Shown here: positions 49,379-57,888 of the stretch, one piece after another | Layout of the letters: the number at the start of each line of letters is the position of its first letter | Numbering within the stretch: the first letter of the stretch is position 1 | DNA from: Thermoplasmata archaeon | GTDB lineage: Archaea; Thermoplasmatota; Thermoplasmata; Thermoplasmatales; Thermoplasmataceae | Length of the DNA: 64,000 nucleotides | NCBI GenBank assembly: GCA_021810045.1 | Contig: JAJZJR010000004.1 | Location: 18,351-82,350, forward strand | Direction of reading: 5' to 3' | Program-made: the position numbers and the translations under genes | The notes under the pieces: generated by a model | What the model was told of the DNA's origin: nothing | Database searches by the model: none | What the model saw: the letters and a program-made list of their open reading frames with translations, nothing else

Positions 49379-49549
49379 CTATTTAGTATTAGAGAAGTTC
49401 AGAATTTCCACTCCAATGAGCTGCCCTTTCTGGTTTATGTCGATAATGAGTCCTTCATTCACCTCAAGGGATTCCTCTACCTTGCCGCCATTTATCTTTA
49501 TATACGCGGAATCAGCCTGGGGATCATGGTCGATGACATATTTTGACAC
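49379..49549 (-). pseudogene. DUF2283-family protein, 56 aa, possibly truncated by a premature TAG
   Basis: Own translation: VSKYVIDHDPQADSAYIKINGGKVEESLEVNEGLIIDINQKGQLIGVEILNFSNTK*. The frame continues open after the TAG. Confidence 0.65.
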
Positions 49550-49688
49550 AAATCTACATGATTCATTTGCCTAAAAACAATTTCTTATTCTGTCAGGACA
49601 TCAGATAAATCGCTCGAACATTTATATTTCAAGGATGTGAAAAAATGACGGAATTGGGCACAAAGCATGAATCCGGACATAGAACAGA

Positions 49689-49761
49689 TGGGGCTGCCCG
49701 GATTTGGACCGGAGTCTCAGGCTCCCAAAGCCCGTAGGATACCAAGCTACCCCACAGCCCC
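49689..49761 (-). tRNA. tRNA-Pro(UGG)
   Basis: GGGGCTGTGGGGTAGCTTGGTATCCTACGGGCTTTGGGAGCCTGAGACTCCGGTCCAAATCCGGGCAGCCCCA; anticodon TGG; T-loop reads TCCAAAT. Confidence 0.93.
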
Positions 49762-49815
49762 ATTGGGAATTAGTAAAGTGCAAGCTCATTAAAAAATTAA
49801 CGCAAACATGTGCAG

Positions 49816-50253
49816 TTAAGATTCAGGTTCCTTGTACTTGAAGGGAAGCAGGTCTTTCATGTAGACTTTTTTCAGGCCTTCTGCTGTTTTTATTATGACT
49901 TTGGTATCAGGATCGTAGTCAGTAATCATCTCCCTGCACATGCCGCATGGGGAAACAACTTCATAATCGGGCCTCCCCCGCTTTTCATTTGGATGCTTCA
50001 CTGCTACAATGGTGTCCAGTTTCTCGTGACCCGCCATAATGGCATTGGCCATGGCAATGGGTTCTGCACATATGGAGATCCTTCCCACAGTAGCATCAAA
50101 GTGTATTGAGGAGAAAACTTCACCATCTTTCGTTCTCAGTGAGGCACCAATGCTGTGCCAGTTCTCTTTGTATCCCTTCTTGATGGTTCCTTTGGCAGTT
50201 TCAATGAGTTTCAGGTCATCATCTGTGATTGGAAGCTCTTGAGGCGCATTCAT
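49816..50253 (-). CDS. Cytidine deaminase family protein, blasticidin S deaminase (Bsr)-like
   Basis: GRISICAE and SPCGMCRE zinc motifs; DTIVAVKHP and LLPFKY recall Bacillus Bsr. Confidence 0.85.
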   Translation of the reverse strand: MNAPQELPITDDDLKLIETAKGTIKKGYKENWHSIGASLRTKDGEVFSSIHFDATVGRISICAEPIAMANAIMAGHEKLDTIVAVKHPNEKRGRPDYEVVSPCGMCREMITDYDPDTKVIIKTAEGLKKVYMKDLLPFKYKEPES

Positions 50254-50326
50254 GTCATGTGTACCGCAAACCAAGAGAAAAGATTGTTCTTAGAAACAAA
50301 AAAATAGTGTCTGATAATTTACAGGT

Positions 50327-50387
50327 GCCACAATGATGAATTCAGCCTAGTCTGAAAAAGTGATGATCGACGGGCAGACTGAGTGGT
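50327..50387 (+). ncRNA. C/D box 2'-O-methylation guide sRNA
   Basis: Box C ATGATGA 50333-39, 12-nt guide, D' CTGA 50352-55, C' GTGATGA 50360-66, 12-nt guide, D CTGA 50379-82; terminal stem GCCAC/GTGGT followed by a T-tract. Confidence 0.85.
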
Positions 50388-50482
50388 TTTCTTATTTTTG
50401 TATGTGTCAGGATACTGGCTGTTCTGAAGACGATTAGAAATGAAATCAATAAATATAAGATATTTATTCAGGACTATCAACT

Positions 50483-50542
50483 GCGGAATGGCGTTTCCGC
50501 GTTAAATAAAACCGCCAGCGCGGGTCTGGCTAATGACGCCTG
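50483..50542 (+). promoter_or_regulatory. Fluoride riboswitch (crcB motif)
   Basis: P1 GCGGAA/TTCCGC with loop TGGCGT, linker AAACC, P2 GCCAG/CTGGC, then TAATGACGCCT. ACGCC pairs with GGCGT as the pseudoknot. Confidence 0.85.
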
Positions 50543-50550
50543 GCAAGCGC

Positions 50551-51507
50551 ATGGTGGTTAACATAGACAACATAACGTTAGTTGAAACGCTACTACAGTA
50601 TTTCTTCATTGTAGGGCTATCTCCGCTCTTTGCTGGAATATTCAGCAAAGTAAAGAGCATGGTGGAATCGAAGAAAGGGCCAAGCATATTACAGCCCTAT
50701 TATGATCTGGCAAAACTCCTGAAAAAAGAGACACTGAGACCGAAAGGCTCGGGAATTGTTTTCATTTACGCACCCTACGTAATCTTCGGGATTTATTCCC
50801 TGATTTCACTGATCATTCCGGCACTCATTCCTGATCCTATTTATTTTACGGCCTCTACAGATTTCCTCGGGGGTGCCATAATGCTTCTGCTTGCTGCTTT
50901 CATAAAAATTGCGGCAGCGTTCGGGAGCAACAGCAATTATTCTGCCCTCGGTGTCTCCAGGATGCTGTCATTCAATTTCCTGGCTGAGGGAACCTTAATC
51001 ACGGTTTTCTTTGCGGTTTCCCTGATCACTTCCACGAACAACCCTTATACAACAAATCATTTTCTAGCTGCAAACCCGCTGCAGAACATATCTGTTGTAC
51101 ACATTTTCTCAACACTGGCATTCTTCATGCTTTTCCTATATGAAACAGGGAAGGTACCGGTAGAAAGCGAAGGCCTGATGGAATTTGGAATGATAGATGC
51201 AGCTACAAATTATGAGTACAGCGGAAAACTGCTGGCCATAAGCAAGTGGAATGGATACATCAAGCAGTTTCTGCTGGGTTCCATTCTACTCAATGTTTTC
51301 CTGGTACCATGGTGGCTCAATCCAACATTTCCGTGGGTTTTCCTTAACATACCCGTGATGTTTGCAAAATGGCTTTTACTCATAGGAATAGTACTTGTCG
51401 TCGAGACAACACTGGCAAAACTCAGGCTGTTCAGGGTTCTGGATTATCTTGCAACTGCCTTCGCTTTCTCCATACTGTTTCTCATATTCACTGAGGTGAT
51501 GCTGTGA
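50551..51507 (+). CDS. hyfC: Ehr/group-4-hydrogenase-like membrane subunit (HyfC/NuoH-like)
   Basis: KGPSILQPYYDLAKLLKKE, ETGKVP, EYSG and ETTLAKLRLF. The called ATG at 50533 lies inside the riboswitch. Confidence 0.88.
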   Translation: MVVNIDNITLVETLLQYFFIVGLSPLFAGIFSKVKSMVESKKGPSILQPYYDLAKLLKKETLRPKGSGIVFIYAPYVIFGIYSLISLIIPALIPDPIYFTASTDFLGGAIMLLLAAFIKIAAAFGSNSNYSALGVSRMLSFNFLAEGTLITVFFAVSLITSTNNPYTTNHFLAANPLQNISVVHIFSTLAFFMLFLYETGKVPVESEGLMEFGMIDAATNYEYSGKLLAISKWNGYIKQFLLGSILLNVFLVPWWLNPTFPWVFLNIPVMFAKWLLLIGIVLVVETTLAKLRLFRVLDYLATAFAFSILFLIFTEVML

Positions 51508-52151
51508 TACTTACTGCAGAAGACCTTCTTATCCCGATTTCAAGTCTGATTCTCATAACTGCATTCTACATGCAGGGACAGGAATTCATCAGGCCAATGA
51601 TTCGCGGTCAGTTTGTACAGTCCATTCTCCTGGCAGTGGTGTCAGTTATAATGTGGTACCTGACGCATGACATTGATTTCATTGTACTTGCTGTCCTGAT
51701 AGTTGTTCTTAGGGGTTTCCTCATTACATACTTCCTGGAGAAAGGTATCAGGAAGGATCAGGTACACCTCCATGAAAAGCATGTGAGTGTTGCATTTCCT
51801 TTCCTTATCAGCCTTGTCTTTGTTCTGACAGCTGTCCTGATCGTTTATTCAGTGGTTTTTTCAAGCATAAGGATAGAATCCATCACCGGGAACCAGGGGA
51901 TTCTTGTATTCCCACTGGCACTGTTCTTCCAGGGGCTTTTCCTTATTGCTTCAAGGAGAACAACCTATGCACAGATAATGGGATACATAGAGGAAGAGAA
52001 CGCAATCGTTCTCTTTGCCGTATTCCTTCTCCCAATACCGCTGCTTATTGAGGCCAGTGTTTTTCTTGACGTCCTGGCACTGGTTGTTATCTCATCGGTT
52101 GTGGTGTTGGAGAAATTCACTCATGAAAGAGTGGAGGAGTTGAAAGGATGA
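51504..52151 (+). CDS. hyfE: HyfE-like membrane subunit
   Basis: Multi-TM protein with QIMGYIEEEN, PLLIE and terminal ELKG. Confidence 0.82.
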   Translation: MILTAEDLLIPISSLILITAFYMQGQEFIRPMIRGQFVQSILLAVVSVIMWYLTHDIDFIVLAVLIVVLRGFLITYFLEKGIRKDQVHLHEKHVSVAFPFLISLVFVLTAVLIVYSVVFSSIRIESITGNQGILVFPLALFFQGLFLIASRRTTYAQIMGYIEEENAIVLFAVFLLPIPLLIEASVFLDVLALVVISSVVVLEKFTHERVEELKG

Positions 52152-53494
52152 ATTCAGTTTTCTTATTGCTTATAATAACACTTATCTTCCCGGTAGTTTC
52201 TTATCTGGGGTATCTGTCAAGAATCCCAAGGCTTGACAGTGCAATTTCACTGGCCAACGTTGCATTAGCACTGTATCTGTATGAATTCATACCATATGTT
52301 GGGACATTTTATGTGGATTTCACAACGTGGGTATTCATATTGATGGTTACTTCAATACATCTCCTTTCACAGGTTTATGCAAGGAGTTACTTCCAGAATC
52401 ATAAGATTGGCATAGGGGAGAATCTGTTTTACCTGCTGATGGGACTGTTTACAACATCGATGCTCTTCTCTCTGGAGATTAACAATCTCGGTCTCATGTG
52501 GGTAGGTATAGAGGCTACCACAATATCCTCGGCACTTCTCCTGATGGCAGAGAAAAGTGAAACTTCAGCAGAAGCGACATGGAGATACATTGTTATTGTT
52601 TCAGCAGGTGTAACATTTGCATTCATCTCAATTATCCTCATTTATTATTCATTGGGAACCCTCCAGATTTCATCCATCCTGGGCATGAAAATCGTTCCCT
52701 CTCTTACCCTGAACGTGGCGGTCGCAATAGCCCTTATTGGATTTGGCACGAAAGTTGGTGTTTTCCCTGTGCACACATGGCTCCCTGACGCACACAGCGA
52801 AGCTCCGTCACCAATAAGTGCCATGTTTTCCGGGGTTCTCCTGCCAACCGCCTTATACGTTCTGTACAGGATTTACCAGATCGATCCTCTCAGGGATATA
52901 TTTGTCTGGGCAGGGGTCATATCGGTCATTGCAGCATCCCTGTTCCTAGGATACCAGACACGATACAAGAGAATGTTTGCATATTCAACAATGGAGAACA
53001 TGAACCTGGCACTGATCGGCCTGGCTGTAGGAGGGCCTTATGGACTCATTGGTGCACTCCTGCTGCTTCTTTCCCACAGTTTCGGGAAGGCTGGGGCTTT
53101 CTACTCGTCAGGAAGCATCCTCCGTTATACGGGAAACAAGAAAATCGAAGGAGTCCACGGCCTCTGGAAATCCATGCCGAAAACATCCGGTGCGTTGCTC
53201 ATGTCATCCTTTGCCGTTACAGGAACACCTCCATTCGGCACATTCTTCGGGGAATTCCTCATATTCTATGCACTGTTCTCAATACATTATTACGCACAGC
53301 TTGTTATTCTGCTGTTCTTCATAATGGCGGCGTTCATTTCCGTCAATTACAACGTTACAAAGATGGTCTTTTCAGGGGAAGGTGAAAAGAACGGAAACGA
53401 GGATTCTGTCATGTCAGGAATCGCGGTCCTGTCATCAGTGATCCCACTTCTCATTGGTATAATATATGTGGTGGTGACAACAGTTGCATTATAA
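52148..53494 (+). CDS. hyfF: HyfF-like antiporter-type (NuoL/M/N family) subunit
   Basis: WVGIEATT, EATWRY, GFGTKVG, HTWLPDAHSEAP and KRMFAYS. Confidence 0.9.
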   Translation: MNSVFLLLIITLIFPVVSYLGYLSRIPRLDSAISLANVALALYLYEFIPYVGTFYVDFTTWVFILMVTSIHLLSQVYARSYFQNHKIGIGENLFYLLMGLFTTSMLFSLEINNLGLMWVGIEATTISSALLLMAEKSETSAEATWRYIVIVSAGVTFAFISIILIYYSLGTLQISSILGMKIVPSLTLNVAVAIALIGFGTKVGVFPVHTWLPDAHSEAPSPISAMFSGVLLPTALYVLYRIYQIDPLRDIFVWAGVISVIAASLFLGYQTRYKRMFAYSTMENMNLALIGLAVGGPYGLIGALLLLLSHSFGKAGAFYSSGSILRYTGNKKIEGVHGLWKSMPKTSGALLMSSFAVTGTPPFGTFFGEFLIFYALFSIHYYAQLVILLFFIMAAFISVNYNVTKMVFSGEGEKNGNEDSVMSGIAVLSSVIPLLIGIIYVVVTTVAL

Positions 53495-54653
53495 ATTTGG
53501 TGAACCGGCAGGAAGGTACATTGGGCCCGGGGGAAACTATCATGTGTATTCCAGCACTATTTCTGATGTTCCTCCGGAAGGTTTCGAGGAATTGCCTGTG
53601 CACAAAATGGCCCCTGGAGAATTTAATTTCCAGTACGGTCCTTCCACGGGCGGCCTTGTTGAATCAGCAGGTCTGCAGTTTATCACGCCTGGAGAGATGA
53701 TCAATTCAGTACAGGTGGATCCGACCTACAAGACAAGAAAACTGAAAATGAAAGGCCTGGACATTGAAAGGGCAATTCTGACGGTTGAGAGGATAAACGG
53801 ATTCCACGCCTCAAGCAATACTATTGCCTTCATTCTCGCTGTTGAAGAGGCATTGGGCATGGAACCCGACGAGGAAGTGCAGAAGGCAAGGATACTCCAG
53901 CTTGAGCTCGAAAGGATAAGGAGTAACTTCGAGGTACTGAAAAGAATGGGCGAACCGGCTGGATTCGGGGTTCCTGTTAACCAGATCGGTTTTCTCAGGG
54001 AAAGGGTTTCGCGGATCATATCAAAGGCTGCAGGTCACAGGTTCTTCTTTGGTGTGAATTCACCGGGTTCAGCTCTGATATCAAATTCCGGCCTCAACGA
54101 GAAACTCTCAGAAATCAGAAAGGAATTTGACAGGATATTTTCAGGACTCCTTCAGTCAAAGATTTTCCTGAACAGGCTTCAGAACAGCTGTATCACAAAA
54201 GGGAAGTTCCTCACAGGTCCTGCTGCAAGAGCTGCAGGCCTAAGATACGATGCAAGGGAAGACTCAGATTCCCTCCCATATGATGAAACGCCTTTCGTTC
54301 CCGTCGTACATGAGGACGGGGACATATTCAGCAGAATGATTGTGAGGGGTGAAGAGATCTTCAATTCTTTTGATATAATCTCTTCCCTGGGAACGGTCAG
54401 GGAGACTCCAGGAATAAAGGTGGAGAAAGGAACCGGAGAAGGTTCTGCCAGAGTGGAAAGTCCTCAGGGCGATATTTTCTATTATGTAAAGGTCAACAAT
54501 GGAACGCTGGAGGATGTCTGGTACGTTACTCCAGGTACACTAAATGTAAGGGCATTCATGGAATCAATGAAAGGAAACCTGTTTCCGGATTTCCATTTCA
54601 ACTGGGAGAGTTTTGGCATCTGGATATCAGAACTGGGGGTGGAAATACAATGA
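53484..54653 (+). CDS. Hydrogenase large-subunit homologue lacking Ni-ligating Cys (EhrL; HyfG/NuoD-like)
   Basis: VERINGFHASS in place of RxCxxC, LELERI, GPAARA and ESPQG; C-terminal DFHFNWESF in place of DPCxxC. Confidence 0.88.
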   Translation: MHYKFGEPAGRYIGPGGNYHVYSSTISDVPPEGFEELPVHKMAPGEFNFQYGPSTGGLVESAGLQFITPGEMINSVQVDPTYKTRKLKMKGLDIERAILTVERINGFHASSNTIAFILAVEEALGMEPDEEVQKARILQLELERIRSNFEVLKRMGEPAGFGVPVNQIGFLRERVSRIISKAAGHRFFFGVNSPGSALISNSGLNEKLSEIRKEFDRIFSGLLQSKIFLNRLQNSCITKGKFLTGPAARAAGLRYDAREDSDSLPYDETPFVPVVHEDGDIFSRMIVRGEEIFNSFDIISSLGTVRETPGIKVEKGTGEGSARVESPQGDIFYYVKVNNGTLEDVWYVTPGTLNVRAFMESMKGNLFPDFHFNWESFGIWISELGVEIQ

Positions 54654-55273
54654 GTAACTTCTGGTTTGGCGAAGGCCTCAGAAAAGGAAGGAAAACCGAG
54701 AGGTTTCCACATGCTCCGCCGGAAGAGCCGCCGTTGTGGCCATCTGTCCTGGAAGGGAGTACAGATACATTCTGCCCTACGGATGCAATAAAGGATGGAA
54801 AATGGGATTCAGGGAAATGTATATCCTGCAGGCTCTGCATGCCTGAATTCAGGCCAACAGGAAAACAGGACACATTCCTCATAAAGAAGACCGAGCCTGC
54901 GCTGAAAAAGTCATTTTACCTTTACAAGCTGGATACCGGTGCATGTGGTGCATGCAACATAGAGCTCGGAACAATATTTGATCCTCAGTACGATGCAAAC
55001 AGGCTCAATATTTTCATAACAAGCTCACCAAGGCATGCAGATGCAATCGTTGTCATGGGCATCCAGACAGAAGGCATGAAGGAAGCACTTAAGAACGCAT
55101 ATGAGGCAATGCCTGAACCAAAGTTGATTATTTCACTGGGAACCTGTGCCATATCAGGTGGGATCCTTGGGGATTCACCCATGAGCAGGGATGAATACCA
55201 CATTGAAATCGCAGGCTGTCCACCATCGCCATATACGATACTTGAGGCCATAGCAAAGGCCAGGGGTGAGTAA
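54650..55273 (+). CDS. Small FeS subunit (HyfI/NuoB-like) fused to an N-terminal ferredoxin-like segment
   Basis: CPT..CISCRLC, then GACGACN, SPRHAD, GTCAISGG and GCPP. Confidence 0.88.
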   Translation: MSNFWFGEGLRKGRKTERFPHAPPEEPPLWPSVLEGSTDTFCPTDAIKDGKWDSGKCISCRLCMPEFRPTGKQDTFLIKKTEPALKKSFYLYKLDTGACGACNIELGTIFDPQYDANRLNIFITSSPRHADAIVVMGIQTEGMKEALKNAYEAMPEPKLIISLGTCAISGGILGDSPMSRDEYHIEIAGCPPSPYTILEAIAKARGE

Positions 55274-57025
55274 ATGTTTACATACCTTGCAATAGCAATA
55301 CTTGGAATATCTGCCTTGGCGGGAGTATTCTGGAGGCCCGGTGCATATGCGGGCACAATAATCGGATCCGCATACTTCATTCTTTCCGGCTTCAACCCGG
55401 CTGACCAGATGTCATATTTTGTACTCATAGCCTCACTTGTGTGGATCATTGTCTCACTTTATTCCATGTCATACGACAGGAAATACGGAAAGTGGCTCGC
55501 ACCATCTCTGGCTCTTATGATTATGGGCATGATGATAATCCTGCAGTCTACAAATTATCTGCTGCTCATAACGGGCTGGGAAATAATGTCTGTACCTGCA
55601 TACCTGATCGTTGGGCTGAACAGGAGGGAGAGTTCACCTGCCTTCACCTTCATGATGTTCAGTGAGTTCAGTACCATCCTCATAATTGCCGGATCAGTTT
55701 ACGCTTTCTTTGTCACCGGGACACTCAGTTTCTCCTATGTGTCTTCATACGGACCTCTGTTGCTCATTTCACTGGGTGCAATAATAAAAATGGGGATGAC
55801 ACCGTTCATGATCAGTGAGTGGCTGCCCATCGCCCATGGAAATGCACCTGCGAACGCATCTGCGGTTCTTAGTGCAACAATGACTCTCATGGGTGTTTAC
55901 GTTATCATGAAAATGATACTCCAGAGCCCTGACAATATGGGTGTGGGATATCTGTTCCTCGCAATAGGATCAGTTTCCATTCTCTTCTCATCCATATATG
56001 CTTACATATCCGAGAACATGAAGATGCTTGCTGGATTCAGTACAATCGAAAACAATGCGGCCATTTTGTCGGCAATGGGTCTCTATCTGGTGGCCTCTAC
56101 ATCTGTACTAAGGGAGTTCATTTTCATTACAATCATCATCTTTGCACTTGCCCATTCAATTTCCAAGACAGGACTTTTCCTCTCAATAGGGAATTCTCCG
56201 GGGGAATTTTTTGGACAGAGCGACCATCCCACCTCTTACACTCAGAGGGTTGGGACCATGCTTACGACAATGTCTCTATCAGGTCTGTTTCCAACACTTG
56301 GCGGCCTGGCTACATGGATGCTTCTTGAATCCTTTTTCATGGAAGCATATTCTGGTGGAGCAACAGGAATAACTGCCATAGTGATAGGTTCCCTCATTGC
56401 AATGGGCGAAGGGATGGCAATGGGTTCAATGATGAAGATCCTTGCCTTCGGAAACATATTCCGCAGGAAACTTGAAACAAAACAGGAACCCAATCACATC
56501 ATAATATCAGGGGTAGGTCTTCTGCTCATCTTCCTTTTTGGAATTTCAGTACTCATCGTGTCAGGCACTTTTCTTTCAGGCATACCGAGCATACTGATAT
56601 TCAATGGATACATGATAACATCAAGATTCGGACCTGCCGATTTTGGCCTTATCTCCCCTGATTATATCCTGATTCTCATAACTGTGTTCTCACTGGTGGC
56701 TTATGCAGTGTTCAGGAAACCAAGACTCAGGGAAGTTCCTGTATGGAACGGAGGTGCCGTTGAGGTTGATTCATACACTTCATTTGCCTTTTCCAACAAT
56801 ATCAGGTTAATGCTGAAGCGGCTGCTGAGAACAAAAACAGGCTCATTGGGGAGTTCTGTGACTGTAATTGATGTTTTCTGGTTACTAATGACTGACATAG
56901 GAAAGGGCTACAAGGCCATGAGCAAGTTCATCACCCTCAGGATCATGAACAGCTCAATCGGCTGGTACATGATCTACATGATTGCAGCCTTCATGGTGAT
57001 AATGGTGATCGCAGTAAAGATGTGA
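55274..57025 (+). CDS. hyfB: HyfB-like antiporter-type membrane subunit
   Basis: GWEIMS, WLPIAHGNAP, FSTIEN, AHSISKTGLF and YTSFAFSN. Confidence 0.88.
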   Translation: MFTYLAIAILGISALAGVFWRPGAYAGTIIGSAYFILSGFNPADQMSYFVLIASLVWIIVSLYSMSYDRKYGKWLAPSLALMIMGMMIILQSTNYLLLITGWEIMSVPAYLIVGLNRRESSPAFTFMMFSEFSTILIIAGSVYAFFVTGTLSFSYVSSYGPLLLISLGAIIKMGMTPFMISEWLPIAHGNAPANASAVLSATMTLMGVYVIMKMILQSPDNMGVGYLFLAIGSVSILFSSIYAYISENMKMLAGFSTIENNAAILSAMGLYLVASTSVLREFIFITIIIFALAHSISKTGLFLSIGNSPGEFFGQSDHPTSYTQRVGTMLTTMSLSGLFPTLGGLATWMLLESFFMEAYSGGATGITAIVIGSLIAMGEGMAMGSMMKILAFGNIFRRKLETKQEPNHIIISGVGLLLIFLFGISVLIVSGTFLSGIPSILIFNGYMITSRFGPADFGLISPDYILILITVFSLVAYAVFRKPRLREVPVWNGGAVEVDSYTSFAFSNNIRLMLKRLLRTKTGSLGSSVTVIDVFWLLMTDIGKGYKAMSKFITLRIMNSSIGWYMIYMIAAFMVIMVIAVKM

Positions 57026-57153
57026 CCTCCTCCCACATATGAAGAAGGTGGGCTTTCCCGCTCATAGTGGTAAATCACCGGCTCTATTTTCTTAAGGATA
57101 ATTAAATCGCCACAATCCAAAATATTATTTACTTTTAAAAATTTAAAGTTACG

Positions 57154-57876
57154 TTGGACAGACGTAAGTCGATTGCAGTAGTTATTTCTGTACTTTTTCT
57201 CACAATACTGGCAGGCTCAGTTGCAGTGGAATACAACAACGGGAAGGACATCAGCCATTTCCACCTTGACACATACTATTTCAATCCCATAGTGAGTGCC
57301 ACGTATTTCTCAAAACAGGATTACCAGAACTTCACTTCCTTTTATACTCCAGATATAAAATCGCTTGAAGGCAACTACTCAGAGAAATCAGTTAATTTCA
57401 GCTTTGGAGAATATACAATTCTCGTGACCCCGAACCTTCAGCCCATACCCGTGGGCCCCATAAACCTCCATAATTTTTCATCAGCCAATCTCTCCTCTGT
57501 ATCTGATCCTTTGGGATACATCGGCCCCGATTTTGGCATAGCAATGGTGAAAGCCACAGGGCAGTCACCTGGCTTTCTGGGTTTCACGCCAATCGATGCC
57601 AAAGTACTGGCACCCAATGGCTCAAATTACGTTTTCAACCTGAGAGGGGAAAGTTACCGGTTAATTGATAAAATCTACGGATATCCAATCAACATCGGCC
57701 CATACTACAATGTGGGAACAGGTGGCATAAGGCCTACCAACTATTCCATGAAACTTATGCCTGGCCAGTACACGCTTCAGGTCACGGTTTCGCTGTATCA
57801 TTTCCAGAGCATTGGATATACACACCTCACGGATCTGAGCTTTACGTTACCGTACTACAATTTCATTGAAAAATAA
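57154..57876 (+). CDS. Hypothetical secreted or membrane-anchored protein
   Basis: Positively charged N-terminus plus hydrophobic helix; several N-x-S/T sequons. Confidence 0.7.
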   Translation: MDRRKSIAVVISVLFLTILAGSVAVEYNNGKDISHFHLDTYYFNPIVSATYFSKQDYQNFTSFYTPDIKSLEGNYSEKSVNFSFGEYTILVTPNLQPIPVGPINLHNFSSANLSSVSDPLGYIGPDFGIAMVKATGQSPGFLGFTPIDAKVLAPNGSNYVFNLRGESYRLIDKIYGYPINIGPYYNVGTGGIRPTNYSMKLMPGQYTLQVTVSLYHFQSIGYTHLTDLSFTLPYYNFIEK

Positions 57877-57888
57877 TGAAGTGTCAGT

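Noticed and set aside
49307..49574. Two + strand ORFs (79 and 67 aa) after abiEii
   Set aside because: They are antisense shadows of the DUF2283-like gene on the minus strand.
53484..54653. Annotation as a true [NiFe]-hydrogenase or formate hydrogenlyase
   Set aside because: Both Ni-binding CxxC motifs are absent, and there are no maturation or formate dehydrogenase genes nearby.
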